This document shows, one piece after another, positions 1 to 9,440 of a DNA stretch of 64,000 nt. The notes below the pieces were generated by a model, which saw only the letters and a program-made list of their open reading frames with translations, was not told the origin of the DNA and did no database searches. Position numbers and translations under genes: made by a program. Each line of letters starts with the position of its first letter. Position 1 is the first letter of the stretch. The DNA is from an uncultured Candidatus Saccharibacteria bacterium (lineage in GTDB: Bacteria; Patescibacteriota; Minisyncoccia; Phycocordibacterales; UBA9973), in assembly GCA_964469225.1 (NCBI GenBank), contig CAYXYC010000001.1, forward strand, positions 27,556 to 91,555, in the 5' to 3' direction.

Positions 1-1254
1 AATGGAAATGTTGTTGAAACAGGTGGGCAACAGAAAATAATTCATCAAACAAATGATCAACAGGCCATAGCAAGACAATCAAACAATCAAATAAAACATG
101 ACACAGGATCACAGAAATACGAAATTGAAACAGAAGGAAAGTTCAAACCAATTCATCCTGAACGATATCGTGATCACATTGATGGAATAGAAGATATTCA
201 CCGAAGAGATGTCATCGTTGGAAAATCTCCACAGACAACAACTCACGATGGTATTTCATATACGGACTGGAACAAAGCAACAGACAAAATGTTTGATCAC
301 AAAGATTTTCCGAAGGAACATAAGTTCCCGTCATACAATGCATATGAACGAGATCGTGAACTGCAAAATCTTTTTGGGTATGGAGAAAAAACAGATGGAA
401 AAGTTGTAATGGACTATTTCCGCGAACGAAGCGAATGGAATATTATTCAGAAAATGCCGGCATCATACTTTTTTAATATAAACAAACACATTAGTGAGAT
501 TCCACCAGAGGATCTAAATAGACTAATGGAAGCAGGCATCGTGACAGATAATTATTTCACAAAAGGAGGTATTACGATTCATAATTATTCATTCACAAAC
601 AAAGACGAACTTGTCCGACTTGCAACTGCGTATTCACATGTAAACCCAAGCGAAGTTGGTCCATACCAGAACGAAACGATTGAACAATATGTCGAACGAA
701 TGACAAAAGATATTCATCAAGCAGATGACGGAACACTCTTTGCAAGAAAAGATGTTGCAAAAACAGATTTACAAGGTAAACCAGTTTCGCATAGCGGGCG
801 AGGTGGTAGTGGTGGTGGACGACCACAGAGAGCACCACTCCCACAGTCACAACCATTCCCATATCCAGTAGGTGGAGGAGCGGGCGGAGGAGTAATTTCT
901 CCAACGAATGGAGTTTACAATACTGGAGGAGTTCCGACGATTGCTCCAACCCGTGGAGTATACAACACAGGATTCCCTCAATTTAATACTGGAGGAAATG
1001 GACCATTCTATGAGCCAGGAGTGATGGGAGGAATGATGCAGAACGGCAGAAATCTTGGAAATGATGCAGTAATTGGTGGAGTAAATGTTGCCGGCACAGC
1101 AATAAACGAAGCAGTTAGAGAAGCGCAGGGAGCAAGTGACGGACAGGGTGGTGAAAGAATTTTAAGTGTCGCATTACAAGAAAGTGTTCGTATTGGTGTT
1201 AATGGACTTTTGAGAGGAATGGGAATGTCGGGAGGTGGAGGAGTATGGAGATAA
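1..1254 (+). CDS. hypothetical protein, 5'-truncated at window edge; Gly-rich low-complexity C-terminus
   Basis: Frame 1 is open from nt 1 with no stop before 1254, so the ORF-track 289..1254 is the tail of a longer ORF. C-terminal GGSGGG/GGGAGGG repeats; no recognisable catalytic motif. Confidence 0.5.
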   Translation, partial: NGNVVETGGQQKIIHQTNDQQAIARQSNNQIKHDTGSQKYEIETEGKFKPIHPERYRDHIDGIEDIHRRDVIVGKSPQTTTHDGISYTDWNKATDKMFDHKDFPKEHKFPSYNAYERDRELQNLFGYGEKTDGKVVMDYFRERSEWNIIQKMPASYFFNINKHISEIPPEDLNRLMEAGIVTDNYFTKGGITIHNYSFTNKDELVRLATAYSHVNPSEVGPYQNETIEQYVERMTKDIHQADDGTLFARKDVAKTDLQGKPVSHSGRGGSGGGRPQRAPLPQSQPFPYPVGGGAGGGVISPTNGVYNTGGVPTIAPTRGVYNTGFPQFNTGGNGPFYEPGVMGGMMQNGRNLGNDAVIGGVNVAGTAINEAVREAQGASDGQGGERILSVALQESVRIGVNGLLRGMGMSGGGGVWR

Positions 1255-1279
1255 AATTTATTAATTAATATAAAAAATA

Positions 1280-1585
1280 ATGTACAACACAATCAATAAT
1301 ACAATTATCACGACTCTCGGAATAAACGCACTTCCAGTTGATCAACAAAAAGAAGCAATTGAACGCCTTGGTGGATTGGTTTATCAAGAAGTAATGCTTC
1401 GTGTCGTTGACCAAATGGAAGAAGCTGATAAAGATGAGTTTGAAAAATTACTCGCAACAAATCCTGACCCGGAAACAATGTTTGAATTCATCGCTGAAAA
1501 AGTTCCTGAAGTAGATACGATTGTCAAAGAAGAAGCAGAAAAACTCCGCGGTGAGGCAAGCGAGATTATGGGTCAAATTGGATAA
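1280..1585 (+). CDS. small acidic hypothetical protein
   Basis: 101-aa ORF, D/E-rich, followed directly by an intrinsic terminator hairpin. Confidence 0.4.
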   Translation: MYNTINNTIITTLGINALPVDQQKEAIERLGGLVYQEVMLRVVDQMEEADKDEFEKLLATNPDPETMFEFIAEKVPEVDTIVKEEAEKLRGEASEIMGQIG

Positions 1586-1589
1586 TAAA

Positions 1590-1627
1590 AAATCCCTCCG
1601 ATATTGGTCGGGGGGATTTTTTGTTTT
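1590..1627 (+). terminator. rho-independent terminator (hairpin ccctccga...tcgggggg followed by T-run)
   Basis: Inverted repeat with one mismatch followed by TTTTTTGTTTT immediately after the 1280..1585 stop. Confidence 0.6.
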
Positions 1628-1641
1628 AGGCGCGCAATTAC

Positions 1642-2265
1642 CTAATTAATCTTTTTGGGCAAAGGAATGCCACCATTACTTGCTGGCTGTGTTTGATACT
1701 GATACTGTCGTACCGGCTGTTGTTGATACTGAGATGTTTGAGGCTGGGGCGAAAAACTGTACGGAGAATCTTTTTGCCTGCTCCACATTTGTTCATCACC
1801 GAAGTGGTACACCAACAGAAAAACTTGTTTTGCTGGTATGTCTTTTGCCAAAAATCTTTTCTTTGGCTCTAGGTCTCCTTCTTTTACTGGTCTCCACATA
1901 CCATTATCAAAAACAACAGGATTGGCTTCAATGAAAAACGGGCGGGGGAGCGTTGTGAAAAGCTCACCAATGTTAACTTCACCCTTACCAGGAACTTTTA
2001 CCATGAGACTACGCTCAATGTAAATCATTTCGGGGTTTTCACTGTAAGTCGTGTCACCGTTTTGAATCGTCACCTTACGGGCAGTCATCTGCCACATTTT
2101 TAAAGTAACATCCTCTCCAGGAATAGTGATGTCAGCAATGCGAGGAACAGGAAACTCCAACATTTGGCAATAGTAAACCTTTTTGGTATTTGACTGCGCA
2201 TGTAAAGGAACAGGGCTCGCTATTGCTCCAACCAGAGCAAGGGCGAATAATAAAACTTTTTTCAT
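1642..2265 (-). CDS. secreted hypothetical protein (N-terminal signal peptide, Q/P/Y-rich C-terminus)
   Basis: MKKVLLFALALVGAIASPVPLHA signal-like N-terminus; 207 aa. Confidence 0.5.
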   Translation of the reverse strand: MKKVLLFALALVGAIASPVPLHAQSNTKKVYYCQMLEFPVPRIADITIPGEDVTLKMWQMTARKVTIQNGDTTYSENPEMIYIERSLMVKVPGKGEVNIGELFTTLPRPFFIEANPVVFDNGMWRPVKEGDLEPKKRFLAKDIPAKQVFLLVYHFGDEQMWSRQKDSPYSFSPQPQTSQYQQQPVRQYQYQTQPASNGGIPLPKKIN

Positions 2266-2360
2266 AAACTCTTCTTTTTATATTTGGCAATATTATATAC
2301 CTTTTTATATCTTTTGTCAAGGTCAAAAAGACCCTAAAAATCATGCTATTATAAGGCGAT

Positions 2361-4307
2361 ATGCACTATTTAGACTCCTTAAACGACAAACAAAAAGAAG
2401 CCGTTTTATATACCGACGGACCGCTTTTGATCGTTGCTGGTGCTGGAGCAGGCAAAACCAAGACAATTACACACCGAATTATCCATCTTATCCACCAAGG
2501 TATCGCACCGGAATCAATTCTTGCGGTTACATTTACGAATAAAGCTGCCAAGGAAATGCGGGAGCGAGTTATGACGCTTCTTGATAAGCCCGTTCATGGA
2601 GGACCGGTGTTTGGTATGGGACGAGATATTCCTTTTATTTCAACATTTCACTCGCTTGGTGTTCACATCATCAAAGAAAATGCGCATCTCCTCGGATTAA
2701 CAAAACATTTTACGATTGCTGATGAACACGACGCACTTGTCATTATCAAAGATGCTATGAAAGCACGCGACATTGATCCAAAACAATACGAACCGCGAAA
2801 AATAAAAAGTATTATTTCAAAATCAAAAGGGGACTTCGTTACCGTTGATTCATTTAGTCAGGGTGTTTCAAGTACTCTTCAGTCAATCGTCGCAAATATT
2901 TGGCGTGACTATGAACGCGCACTCAAAGCCGAGAAAGCACTCGACTTTGATGATCTTTTGCTTGAAACAGTACTTCTCCTAAAAAAATATCCGGAGATAA
3001 AATTAAAATATCAGGAGCGATGGAAATATGTTCATATTGATGAATATCAAGACACAAATGAAGTACAATATGAACTCGTAAAATTACTCGTTAGTCCGAA
3101 GGAAAATATTTGTGTTGTCGGTGATACCGATCAGAATATTTATAGTTGGCGCGGGGCAAACATAAAAAACATGCTTCACTTTGAAAAAGATTATCCTGAA
3201 GCAAAAATTATTCTACTTGAACAAAATTATCGCTCAACAAAAAATATTATTGAGGCAGCAAATAGTATTATAACCAAAAATCAATACCGTGTACCCAAAA
3301 ACCTTTTCACAGAAAATGCTGTTGGGGATCACATTACTATATATGAAGCATACGATGAATCGCATGAAGCAGAATTTGTAGCTGATAGCATCGAAGAACT
3401 ACTGCGTGAACATAAGGCAGAAGATATTGCGGTGCTATATCGAGCAAATTTTCAGTCCCGTGTACTTGAAGAAGCACTACTTTCTAAACGAATTCCATAT
3501 CAAGTGCTTGGGGTAAAATTTTTTGAACGAAAAGAAATCAAAGATGTCTTATCGTATATTCGCGCGGCACAAAATCGCGACAGTCTCTCTGATATAAAAC
3601 GCATCATCAATGTACCAGCGCGGGGAATAGGAAAAGTAACCCTTGCAAAACTTTTTGCAAACCAATTTGGAGAATTACCAGCTGGGATGCAACAGAAAAT
3701 ATCCTTATTCTATAAACTTCTTGACGATATTCGTGAATACAGTGAAAAGCATTTACCGTCTGAAACAATAAAATATATCATTGAACAAAGTGGACTTGAA
3801 AAAGAATTGTCTCATGGTACAACAGATGATCAAGAACGCTTGGAAAATATTAAAGAATTGGTAACACTTGCAACAAAATACGATTTGATGCCAGATGATG
3901 TCGGGCTTGAAAAATTATTAGAAGACGCGTCGCTTGCAAGCGATCAGGATTCTCTCATTCACACGGAGAATGCTCGTCATGCCACAAACGGAGTAAAACT
4001 AATGACTGTTCACGCATCAAAAGGACTTGAATTCAAATATGTTTTTATTGTCGGACTTGAACAAGATTTATTTCCCCATGCTCGTGGAGGAGCAACAAAA
4101 GAAGATGTGGAAGAAGAGCGAAGATTGTTTTATGTTGCGCTAACACGCGCAGAACACAAACTCTATATATCATACGCGCAAGTGCGTACTATTTTTGGTA
4201 TGCGACAAATAAATAATCCGAGCGAATTTCTTTCTGATATCCCAGACCATCTGACAGAATTTGAGCAAAGCCATCCAAGAAATGGTGAACGAATAGTTTA
4301 TATTTAA
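2361..4307 (+). CDS. uvrD: ATP-dependent DNA helicase, UvrD/PcrA/Rep family (SF1)
   Basis: Walker A AGAGAGKTKTITHRI; helicase motifs (TFTNKAAKEMRER, VDEYQDTN, QNYRST, VHASKGLEF..YVALTRA). Confidence 0.9.
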   Translation: MHYLDSLNDKQKEAVLYTDGPLLIVAGAGAGKTKTITHRIIHLIHQGIAPESILAVTFTNKAAKEMRERVMTLLDKPVHGGPVFGMGRDIPFISTFHSLGVHIIKENAHLLGLTKHFTIADEHDALVIIKDAMKARDIDPKQYEPRKIKSIISKSKGDFVTVDSFSQGVSSTLQSIVANIWRDYERALKAEKALDFDDLLLETVLLLKKYPEIKLKYQERWKYVHIDEYQDTNEVQYELVKLLVSPKENICVVGDTDQNIYSWRGANIKNMLHFEKDYPEAKIILLEQNYRSTKNIIEAANSIITKNQYRVPKNLFTENAVGDHITIYEAYDESHEAEFVADSIEELLREHKAEDIAVLYRANFQSRVLEEALLSKRIPYQVLGVKFFERKEIKDVLSYIRAAQNRDSLSDIKRIINVPARGIGKVTLAKLFANQFGELPAGMQQKISLFYKLLDDIREYSEKHLPSETIKYIIEQSGLEKELSHGTTDDQERLENIKELVTLATKYDLMPDDVGLEKLLEDASLASDQDSLIHTENARHATNGVKLMTVHASKGLEFKYVFIVGLEQDLFPHARGGATKEDVEEERRLFYVALTRAEHKLYISYAQVRTIFGMRQINNPSEFLSDIPDHLTEFEQSHPRNGERIVYI

Positions 4308-4335
4308 ATTTAATTTTTAAAAAAAACATTCCATC

Positions 4336-4377
4336 CTCTATAATCAACTATTGCTATAGCAATAGTTGATTATAGAG
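4336..4377. repeat. 42-bp perfect palindrome (19-bp arms around TATA)
   Basis: ctctataatcaactattgc-tata-gcaatagttgattatagag read directly; lies between uvrD stop and ksgA start. Confidence 0.8.
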
Positions 4378-4471
4378 AGAAATTAGTATGAAAACTAAAA
4401 TAACTTAAATTAAAATTATTTGTTAGTATTAGTATTAAACTTTACTACTTACTACTTACTTTAAATTATAT

Positions 4472-5362
4472 ATGCAAAAAAATAAACCAAAAAAATCATC
4501 TGGATTAAAAAAGTTTTCTGAGGAAAAATTTTCTCAGAGTGTTTTTCTGAAGCCGAAGAAAAATTTTGGGCAGAATTTTTTGAAATCAAAGGAAGCGTTG
4601 CGCGCAATGTGCACCTCAAGCGAATTAAAGTCAACTGATACAGTTATTGAAATTGGGCCTGGTAAGGGCGCATTAACCGCATATCTCCTTGGTCACGCAG
4701 GAAAGATTATTGCGATTGAAAAAGACCGCGATTTGATTCCAATTCTTTCTGAAAAATTCCAAGAGGAAATAAAAAGTGGCAAACTTATTATTGTTGAAGG
4801 AGATATTCTTACTTTTGACCCCGAAAGTCAAAACCTGAAACCTGCGACTTATAAAATTGTTGCCAATATTCCATACAATATTACAGGTGCAATTATTAAG
4901 CGATTTCTTTCGGAAACAGTTCAACCAAAAAGTATGACACTATTGGTTCAAAAGGAGGTTGCTGAACGAATCGTCGCCCGCCCCGCCACAGGCGGTGCGG
5001 GTGGGGCCAAAGAAAGCATTTTGTCGCTTTCAGTCAAAGCATACGGAACACCTCACTATATTATGAAGGTCAGCAAGCGTTTTTTCAGCCCTGAACCAAA
5101 GGTTGATTCTGCAATTATTCATATTTCAGACATTTCAAAGCAAAACTTCAAGGATATTAACACCGAGGAGCGATTTTTTACTATTATAAAAGCTGGTTTT
5201 GCCCATAAACGAAAAGTTCTACGAAAAAATCTTGAAGAAATCGCCCCAATACAAGCAATTGACTCTGTCTTTCAATCACTCGGAATCAAAGAGAAGGCTC
5301 GCGCCGAAGACATATCATTCCCGATCTGGCTTTCGCTTTCACAGAATCTCAACCATATCTAG
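4472..5362 (+). CDS. rsmA: 16S rRNA (adenine1518/1519-N6)-dimethyltransferase KsgA/RsmA
   Basis: N-terminal FGQNFLKS motif, SAM-binding IEIGPGKGALT, conserved NIPYNIT; 296 aa. Confidence 0.85.
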   Translation: MQKNKPKKSSGLKKFSEEKFSQSVFLKPKKNFGQNFLKSKEALRAMCTSSELKSTDTVIEIGPGKGALTAYLLGHAGKIIAIEKDRDLIPILSEKFQEEIKSGKLIIVEGDILTFDPESQNLKPATYKIVANIPYNITGAIIKRFLSETVQPKSMTLLVQKEVAERIVARPATGGAGGAKESILSLSVKAYGTPHYIMKVSKRFFSPEPKVDSAIIHISDISKQNFKDINTEERFFTIIKAGFAHKRKVLRKNLEEIAPIQAIDSVFQSLGIKEKARAEDISFPIWLSLSQNLNHI

Positions 5363-5367
5363 GATAA

Positions 5368-5835
5368 TTGAAAAGGGAATTGTATACTATATATATGAAG
5401 CATATTTTCCCAATCTCATCGATTATTTTTTCTTTTATTCTTTTTGCATTCATGCCTACTGGCGCGATGGCCTCCTCGTTTTCAATTTCAAAAGGATTTG
5501 GGGGGAAGGTTTACATGGCACCAGTTTCAGGTATTACCTGTAATGGGCTTGGGAGATTAATGATTTTGAGTAGTAATACAAGATCAGCATTAAGCACTGT
5601 TGGTGCGCAAGGGGGCATGAAAAAATCAGAGGCTGAAAGTTTTGCCAAGGGTATTTATGGGGCAATTCCAACATACTCAACAAACCCAAGCAAAAGTCCT
5701 ATTGTTGGTGGACAAATTTTAGGAAAAGAAAACGCAACTCCAGATCTAAGGACCTGTTACATTCCAACACCAACAGGCCCTGTTTTTATTCCTGTATTCA
5801 AAACAACAAATAATTACAATGTTTCAGCACGATAA
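5368..5835 (+). CDS. small secreted hypothetical protein
   Basis: Hydrophobic N-terminal segment (ISSIIFSFILFAFMPTGAMA); start may be at 5395. Confidence 0.4.
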   Translation: MKRELYTIYMKHIFPISSIIFSFILFAFMPTGAMASSFSISKGFGGKVYMAPVSGITCNGLGRLMILSSNTRSALSTVGAQGGMKKSEAESFAKGIYGAIPTYSTNPSKSPIVGGQILGKENATPDLRTCYIPTPTGPVFIPVFKTTNNYNVSAR

Positions 5836-5837
5836 TT

Positions 5838-6731
5838 ATGAAAATTAATATTAAACGAGAATATCTGCCGAGCGATGATTTCATTGCTCGCGCAATTATA
5901 ATTGCAATCGTTATCGCTTTTGGCACTGGAATCTTTTATCTCGGACGATTTGTTGTTAGGAAAATAAGCAACAAATCAAGCGCAAGTATAAAAATCAGCG
6001 AATTGGTTATAAAAGATAGTAATAAAAACGGTATTGCTGATTGGGAAGAATCACTCTGGGGACTTGATCCGACAAAAAATGGCACAGACAACAAGGCGTT
6101 TATTCTTGCAAAAAAACAAGAATTGAACCGAGAATCAGGTGACACACAATCAACGCTTTCTAAAAACGACAAATTAGCTCGCGAATTTTTTGCGCTTATT
6201 ACATCACTTCAACAATCTGGAACTTTAAATGACGAAACAATTGGCGCAATTGGAGACGCAATCGGAAAACAAGCTACCGCCACAGATATTCCAGATACAT
6301 ATGGAGCAGAATCAATAAAAACCCTATCCACAACACCAGCATCTATTCGCGCGTACCATACAGCATTTTCAAAATTAGCATTATCATATGGAAACAGCGA
6401 CATTGGCAACGAATTAATCTTTATTTCACAAGCCATAGACCACAACGAATCCTCGGCAATCAGCGCCGCAAAAAGTGTCGCACGCGCATACAAATCATTT
6501 GCCCAAGAACTTGTTGCTATTCCAGTACCAAAATCACTAATACCTATTATTCTGCCACTTGCAAATAATTACGACAAAACAGGCACGGCGATAATTGAAA
6601 TGAGCTCATTGATTGATGATCAGTTTGCCGGAATGAGGGGAATTGTAAACTATAAACGATACAATGATGCGCTTCTTGCGAACCTTGATGATTTGAAAAG
6701 TTTTTTTGAAAGAAATGGTATACTGAAATAG
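5838..6731 (+). CDS. membrane-anchored hypothetical protein (single N-terminal TM)
   Basis: IIIAIVIAFGTGIFYLGRFVV TM segment followed by a soluble domain; 297 aa. Confidence 0.45.
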   Translation: MKINIKREYLPSDDFIARAIIIAIVIAFGTGIFYLGRFVVRKISNKSSASIKISELVIKDSNKNGIADWEESLWGLDPTKNGTDNKAFILAKKQELNRESGDTQSTLSKNDKLAREFFALITSLQQSGTLNDETIGAIGDAIGKQATATDIPDTYGAESIKTLSTTPASIRAYHTAFSKLALSYGNSDIGNELIFISQAIDHNESSAISAAKSVARAYKSFAQELVAIPVPKSLIPIILPLANNYDKTGTAIIEMSSLIDDQFAGMRGIVNYKRYNDALLANLDDLKSFFERNGILK

Positions 6732-6739
6732 TATTTAGT

Positions 6740-9436
6740 ATGAATAAACGATCACGCATTCTCAATACGGGACTACAAATGCTTCTAGTAGCGTCTTTTT
6801 CCGTTTCGCATATTGCATATGGTGCATCAGAAGTAATTCCAACTGGACGCAATTTAAATTTTGATACAGTAAACACAAGCGCATACAAACCAAGTTCACA
6901 AAACATATCTAGTTCTGGTATTGCAATTAGCGTTCCAGGATGTACTGGCATTACAAATAAAGTGCAACGATCATTAGGTGGAGTTCTCTCTGGTAACCCA
7001 GAAGATCTTGTTGGTCTAGCTGATTCACTTATTGATTTTTCTAGTAACAGCGTAACAACTGCCGATCAAAATGTTGGTGATTCTCTAAAAAAATTATTTA
7101 CAACATCAAAAGATGATGCTTTCCGTGAAAATTGTATCAATGGTATCGGCTATCGTCTCGCAAAAAAACAACTTTCAGATATTACACAGAAAACATTAAA
7201 CTGGACTTCACATGGATATGATGGCGACCCACTCTTTGTTCGTGATCAAAGTTCTTTTTTCAAAGATATTTCAAACAAGGAAGTTATCCAAGCATCTAAA
7301 ACATACAGCGCCTCAAATTCAAGAAACGATTATCCATACGGTAAAGAATTTGCCCGAACAGCAATTAGTAGTAAAAAGGCGCAAAATAATTTTGAAGAGT
7401 CAGCAAAATCTGATTTGTCATATTATCTTGCACCAGGAGCAACACCAAAAAGTTTCAGTACAGACTTTTCACAGGGTGGATGGAATGGTTGGCTTGCCCT
7501 AACACAAAAACCTCAAAACAACCCTCTTGGATTCACGATGATTGCAAGTCAGCATATCGCAAACCAGTCAGCAGAAAAAATACAGAACCAACAAAATGAA
7601 TTAAATCAAAACAAGGGATTTCTCTCGGAGAAAAGATGTGTTGAATATTATCCAGCAACTGGAGGAGGGACGGGCACTGTCAGTACAACGGCTGGTGTGT
7701 ACGGAACAGCAAAAGGTGCATGTAAAACTTACGAAACAATTACTCCAGGAAGTATTATTGCTGAACAGGTTGCAACAGTGCTAACTTCACCAATTCGCCA
7801 ACTTGAACTTGCTGATGGGGTTAACGAATCACTCGGTGGCGTATTCAACTCACTCTTGAACAAACTCGGAATCCAAGGGCTACTTGGACTTTCTGGTTTT
7901 AATTCTGTAAGTAATGGATGGAAAGAAGTTGGTGGTTCTGGATACGGGTCAAATAGTTTTTCTTCACTCCAAGGCTCATTTATGACTGCCTTTGGAACAA
8001 GTTCATCGGGGCAAGACGACGCGATAATATCTGTACGAAAAGGCGATGGATGGAATTCAGATGAAAAGCCATTTGATCTAACAAAAGATCTTGGTAATAC
8101 ATATCTCCGTGGTGTCCCAAAAAGACTCGGCACTTGGGATGCAAAAAACAACATGACAACACCACTTGCTGGATCGGGAGAAACACCCCGCCAGTTAGTT
8201 CCAAGTACTGGAACGAAAAATACTTTTTATGTTGTGTCTACGGCTGGAAACACTGAACTCTCTGAACCAGAAAGTTGTTTCCCAATCAGTTATCCAAATG
8301 GAACAACATCAAACTGCTGGCAACGCGGTGACCTTGTGCTTTTTGACGGTGACCAGTGGGTGAGTGCAAAATTCTGGAATGGTGTTGATGAAAAAGGTGG
8401 GTTAAAAGACGCAGTAACTGGTAAAAGAATCCGCATTATTGACAAAAAGGGTGTTATTCAAATTCAGCAAGACTACATCAGAGCGGTCAAAGCCTCAATG
8501 AAAGAACTACCACCGATAATGCCTGCGCTTGGTGAACTTGATTATTGTATTCCTGGCCCAAATCCAAGTTGGTATGAAAGTGCCATATTGTCTAACGAAG
8601 CGCTTTCAGCATATATTAGTGGCATACAATTTGATCCGAACACTCTTGATCTCGCATTGCCTGACCCAAAACAATACGCAAGTGCGTATTATGGGCCAAC
8701 TCCTTGGAAACAATTAAACCCAGGAAAAGTTGAATCCTTCTTGCGTTTTTCATTTGCAAATATTCAAAAATCATTTGGAGATATTTTTAAACAGTATTTT
8801 AAAGAGTTTGCATTTTCAAGCATAGAGACTGCATTTTCTCAAGCAATCCAAGAAACTCAAGAATTACTCGATCAACAAAAAGAAGCAACCATAGGAAGTT
8901 TGGCTAACCAACTTAAGACATTACACGATGCATTAAATTCTATTTACGGACAGGGTGGTACTATGACGAGTGAATTTATTGTTAATAATGACAAAGAATT
9001 AGCAGATCTAAATCCTAATTATTTACCAATGGCAACAACTGGTATGTCTTTTACAAAAGACATTCGTATTTATGATGTAAACATTGCACAAGCAAACAAA
9101 GACTACCGAGACCTTCTTGATCAGGGTATTTCAAATATTTATCGTCTCAACATTATAAAATCAAAAGTTGATAAAATTATTAAGGCTGCTCAGGAACGAC
9201 GATCACGAACCGTTGGTATTGGCACAATACCTGATGATTGTTTAATGAATGAAGAGATCACATACCTGGGAGATGATGGTGTACCGACTGGAACAATTAA
9301 TGTTATTGATACAGTATCAAATACTGGAAGTGGATTAGGCGGTAGAGTTACTAGTGGATCGGGTACTGGTATTGGTAATGTTTATAATGGAAGTGAAGAA
9401 ATATCAGGTGGGGGACTTCAAGTAAACCCACAATAA
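6740..9436 (+). CDS. large secreted hypothetical protein (898 aa, Gly-rich C-terminus)
   Basis: Signal-like N-terminus (LQMLLVASFSVSHIAYGA); long ORF with consistent coding composition. Confidence 0.55.
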   Translation: MNKRSRILNTGLQMLLVASFSVSHIAYGASEVIPTGRNLNFDTVNTSAYKPSSQNISSSGIAISVPGCTGITNKVQRSLGGVLSGNPEDLVGLADSLIDFSSNSVTTADQNVGDSLKKLFTTSKDDAFRENCINGIGYRLAKKQLSDITQKTLNWTSHGYDGDPLFVRDQSSFFKDISNKEVIQASKTYSASNSRNDYPYGKEFARTAISSKKAQNNFEESAKSDLSYYLAPGATPKSFSTDFSQGGWNGWLALTQKPQNNPLGFTMIASQHIANQSAEKIQNQQNELNQNKGFLSEKRCVEYYPATGGGTGTVSTTAGVYGTAKGACKTYETITPGSIIAEQVATVLTSPIRQLELADGVNESLGGVFNSLLNKLGIQGLLGLSGFNSVSNGWKEVGGSGYGSNSFSSLQGSFMTAFGTSSSGQDDAIISVRKGDGWNSDEKPFDLTKDLGNTYLRGVPKRLGTWDAKNNMTTPLAGSGETPRQLVPSTGTKNTFYVVSTAGNTELSEPESCFPISYPNGTTSNCWQRGDLVLFDGDQWVSAKFWNGVDEKGGLKDAVTGKRIRIIDKKGVIQIQQDYIRAVKASMKELPPIMPALGELDYCIPGPNPSWYESAILSNEALSAYISGIQFDPNTLDLALPDPKQYASAYYGPTPWKQLNPGKVESFLRFSFANIQKSFGDIFKQYFKEFAFSSIETAFSQAIQETQELLDQQKEATIGSLANQLKTLHDALNSIYGQGGTMTSEFIVNNDKELADLNPNYLPMATTGMSFTKDIRIYDVNIAQANKDYRDLLDQGISNIYRLNIIKSKVDKIIKAAQERRSRTVGIGTIPDDCLMNEEITYLGDDGVPTGTINVIDTVSNTGSGLGGRVTSGSGTGIGNVYNGSEEISGGGLQVNPQ

Positions 9437-9440
9437 AATT

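Noticed and set aside
593-1292. Minus-strand ORFs 593..949 and 1008..1292
   Set aside because: Embedded antisense within the long plus-strand ORF (1-1254); proline-rich translation is an artefact of the Gly-codon-rich sense strand.
2183-2551. ORFs overlapping the uvrD 5' end (2183..2542 +, 2366..2551 -)
   Set aside because: Out-of-frame overlaps of a well-supported helicase gene.
4441-4461. tacttac short tandem repeat upstream of ksgA
   Set aside because: Only about 3 units; too short for CRISPR or a meaningful microsatellite feature. No CRISPR arrays were seen anywhere in the window.
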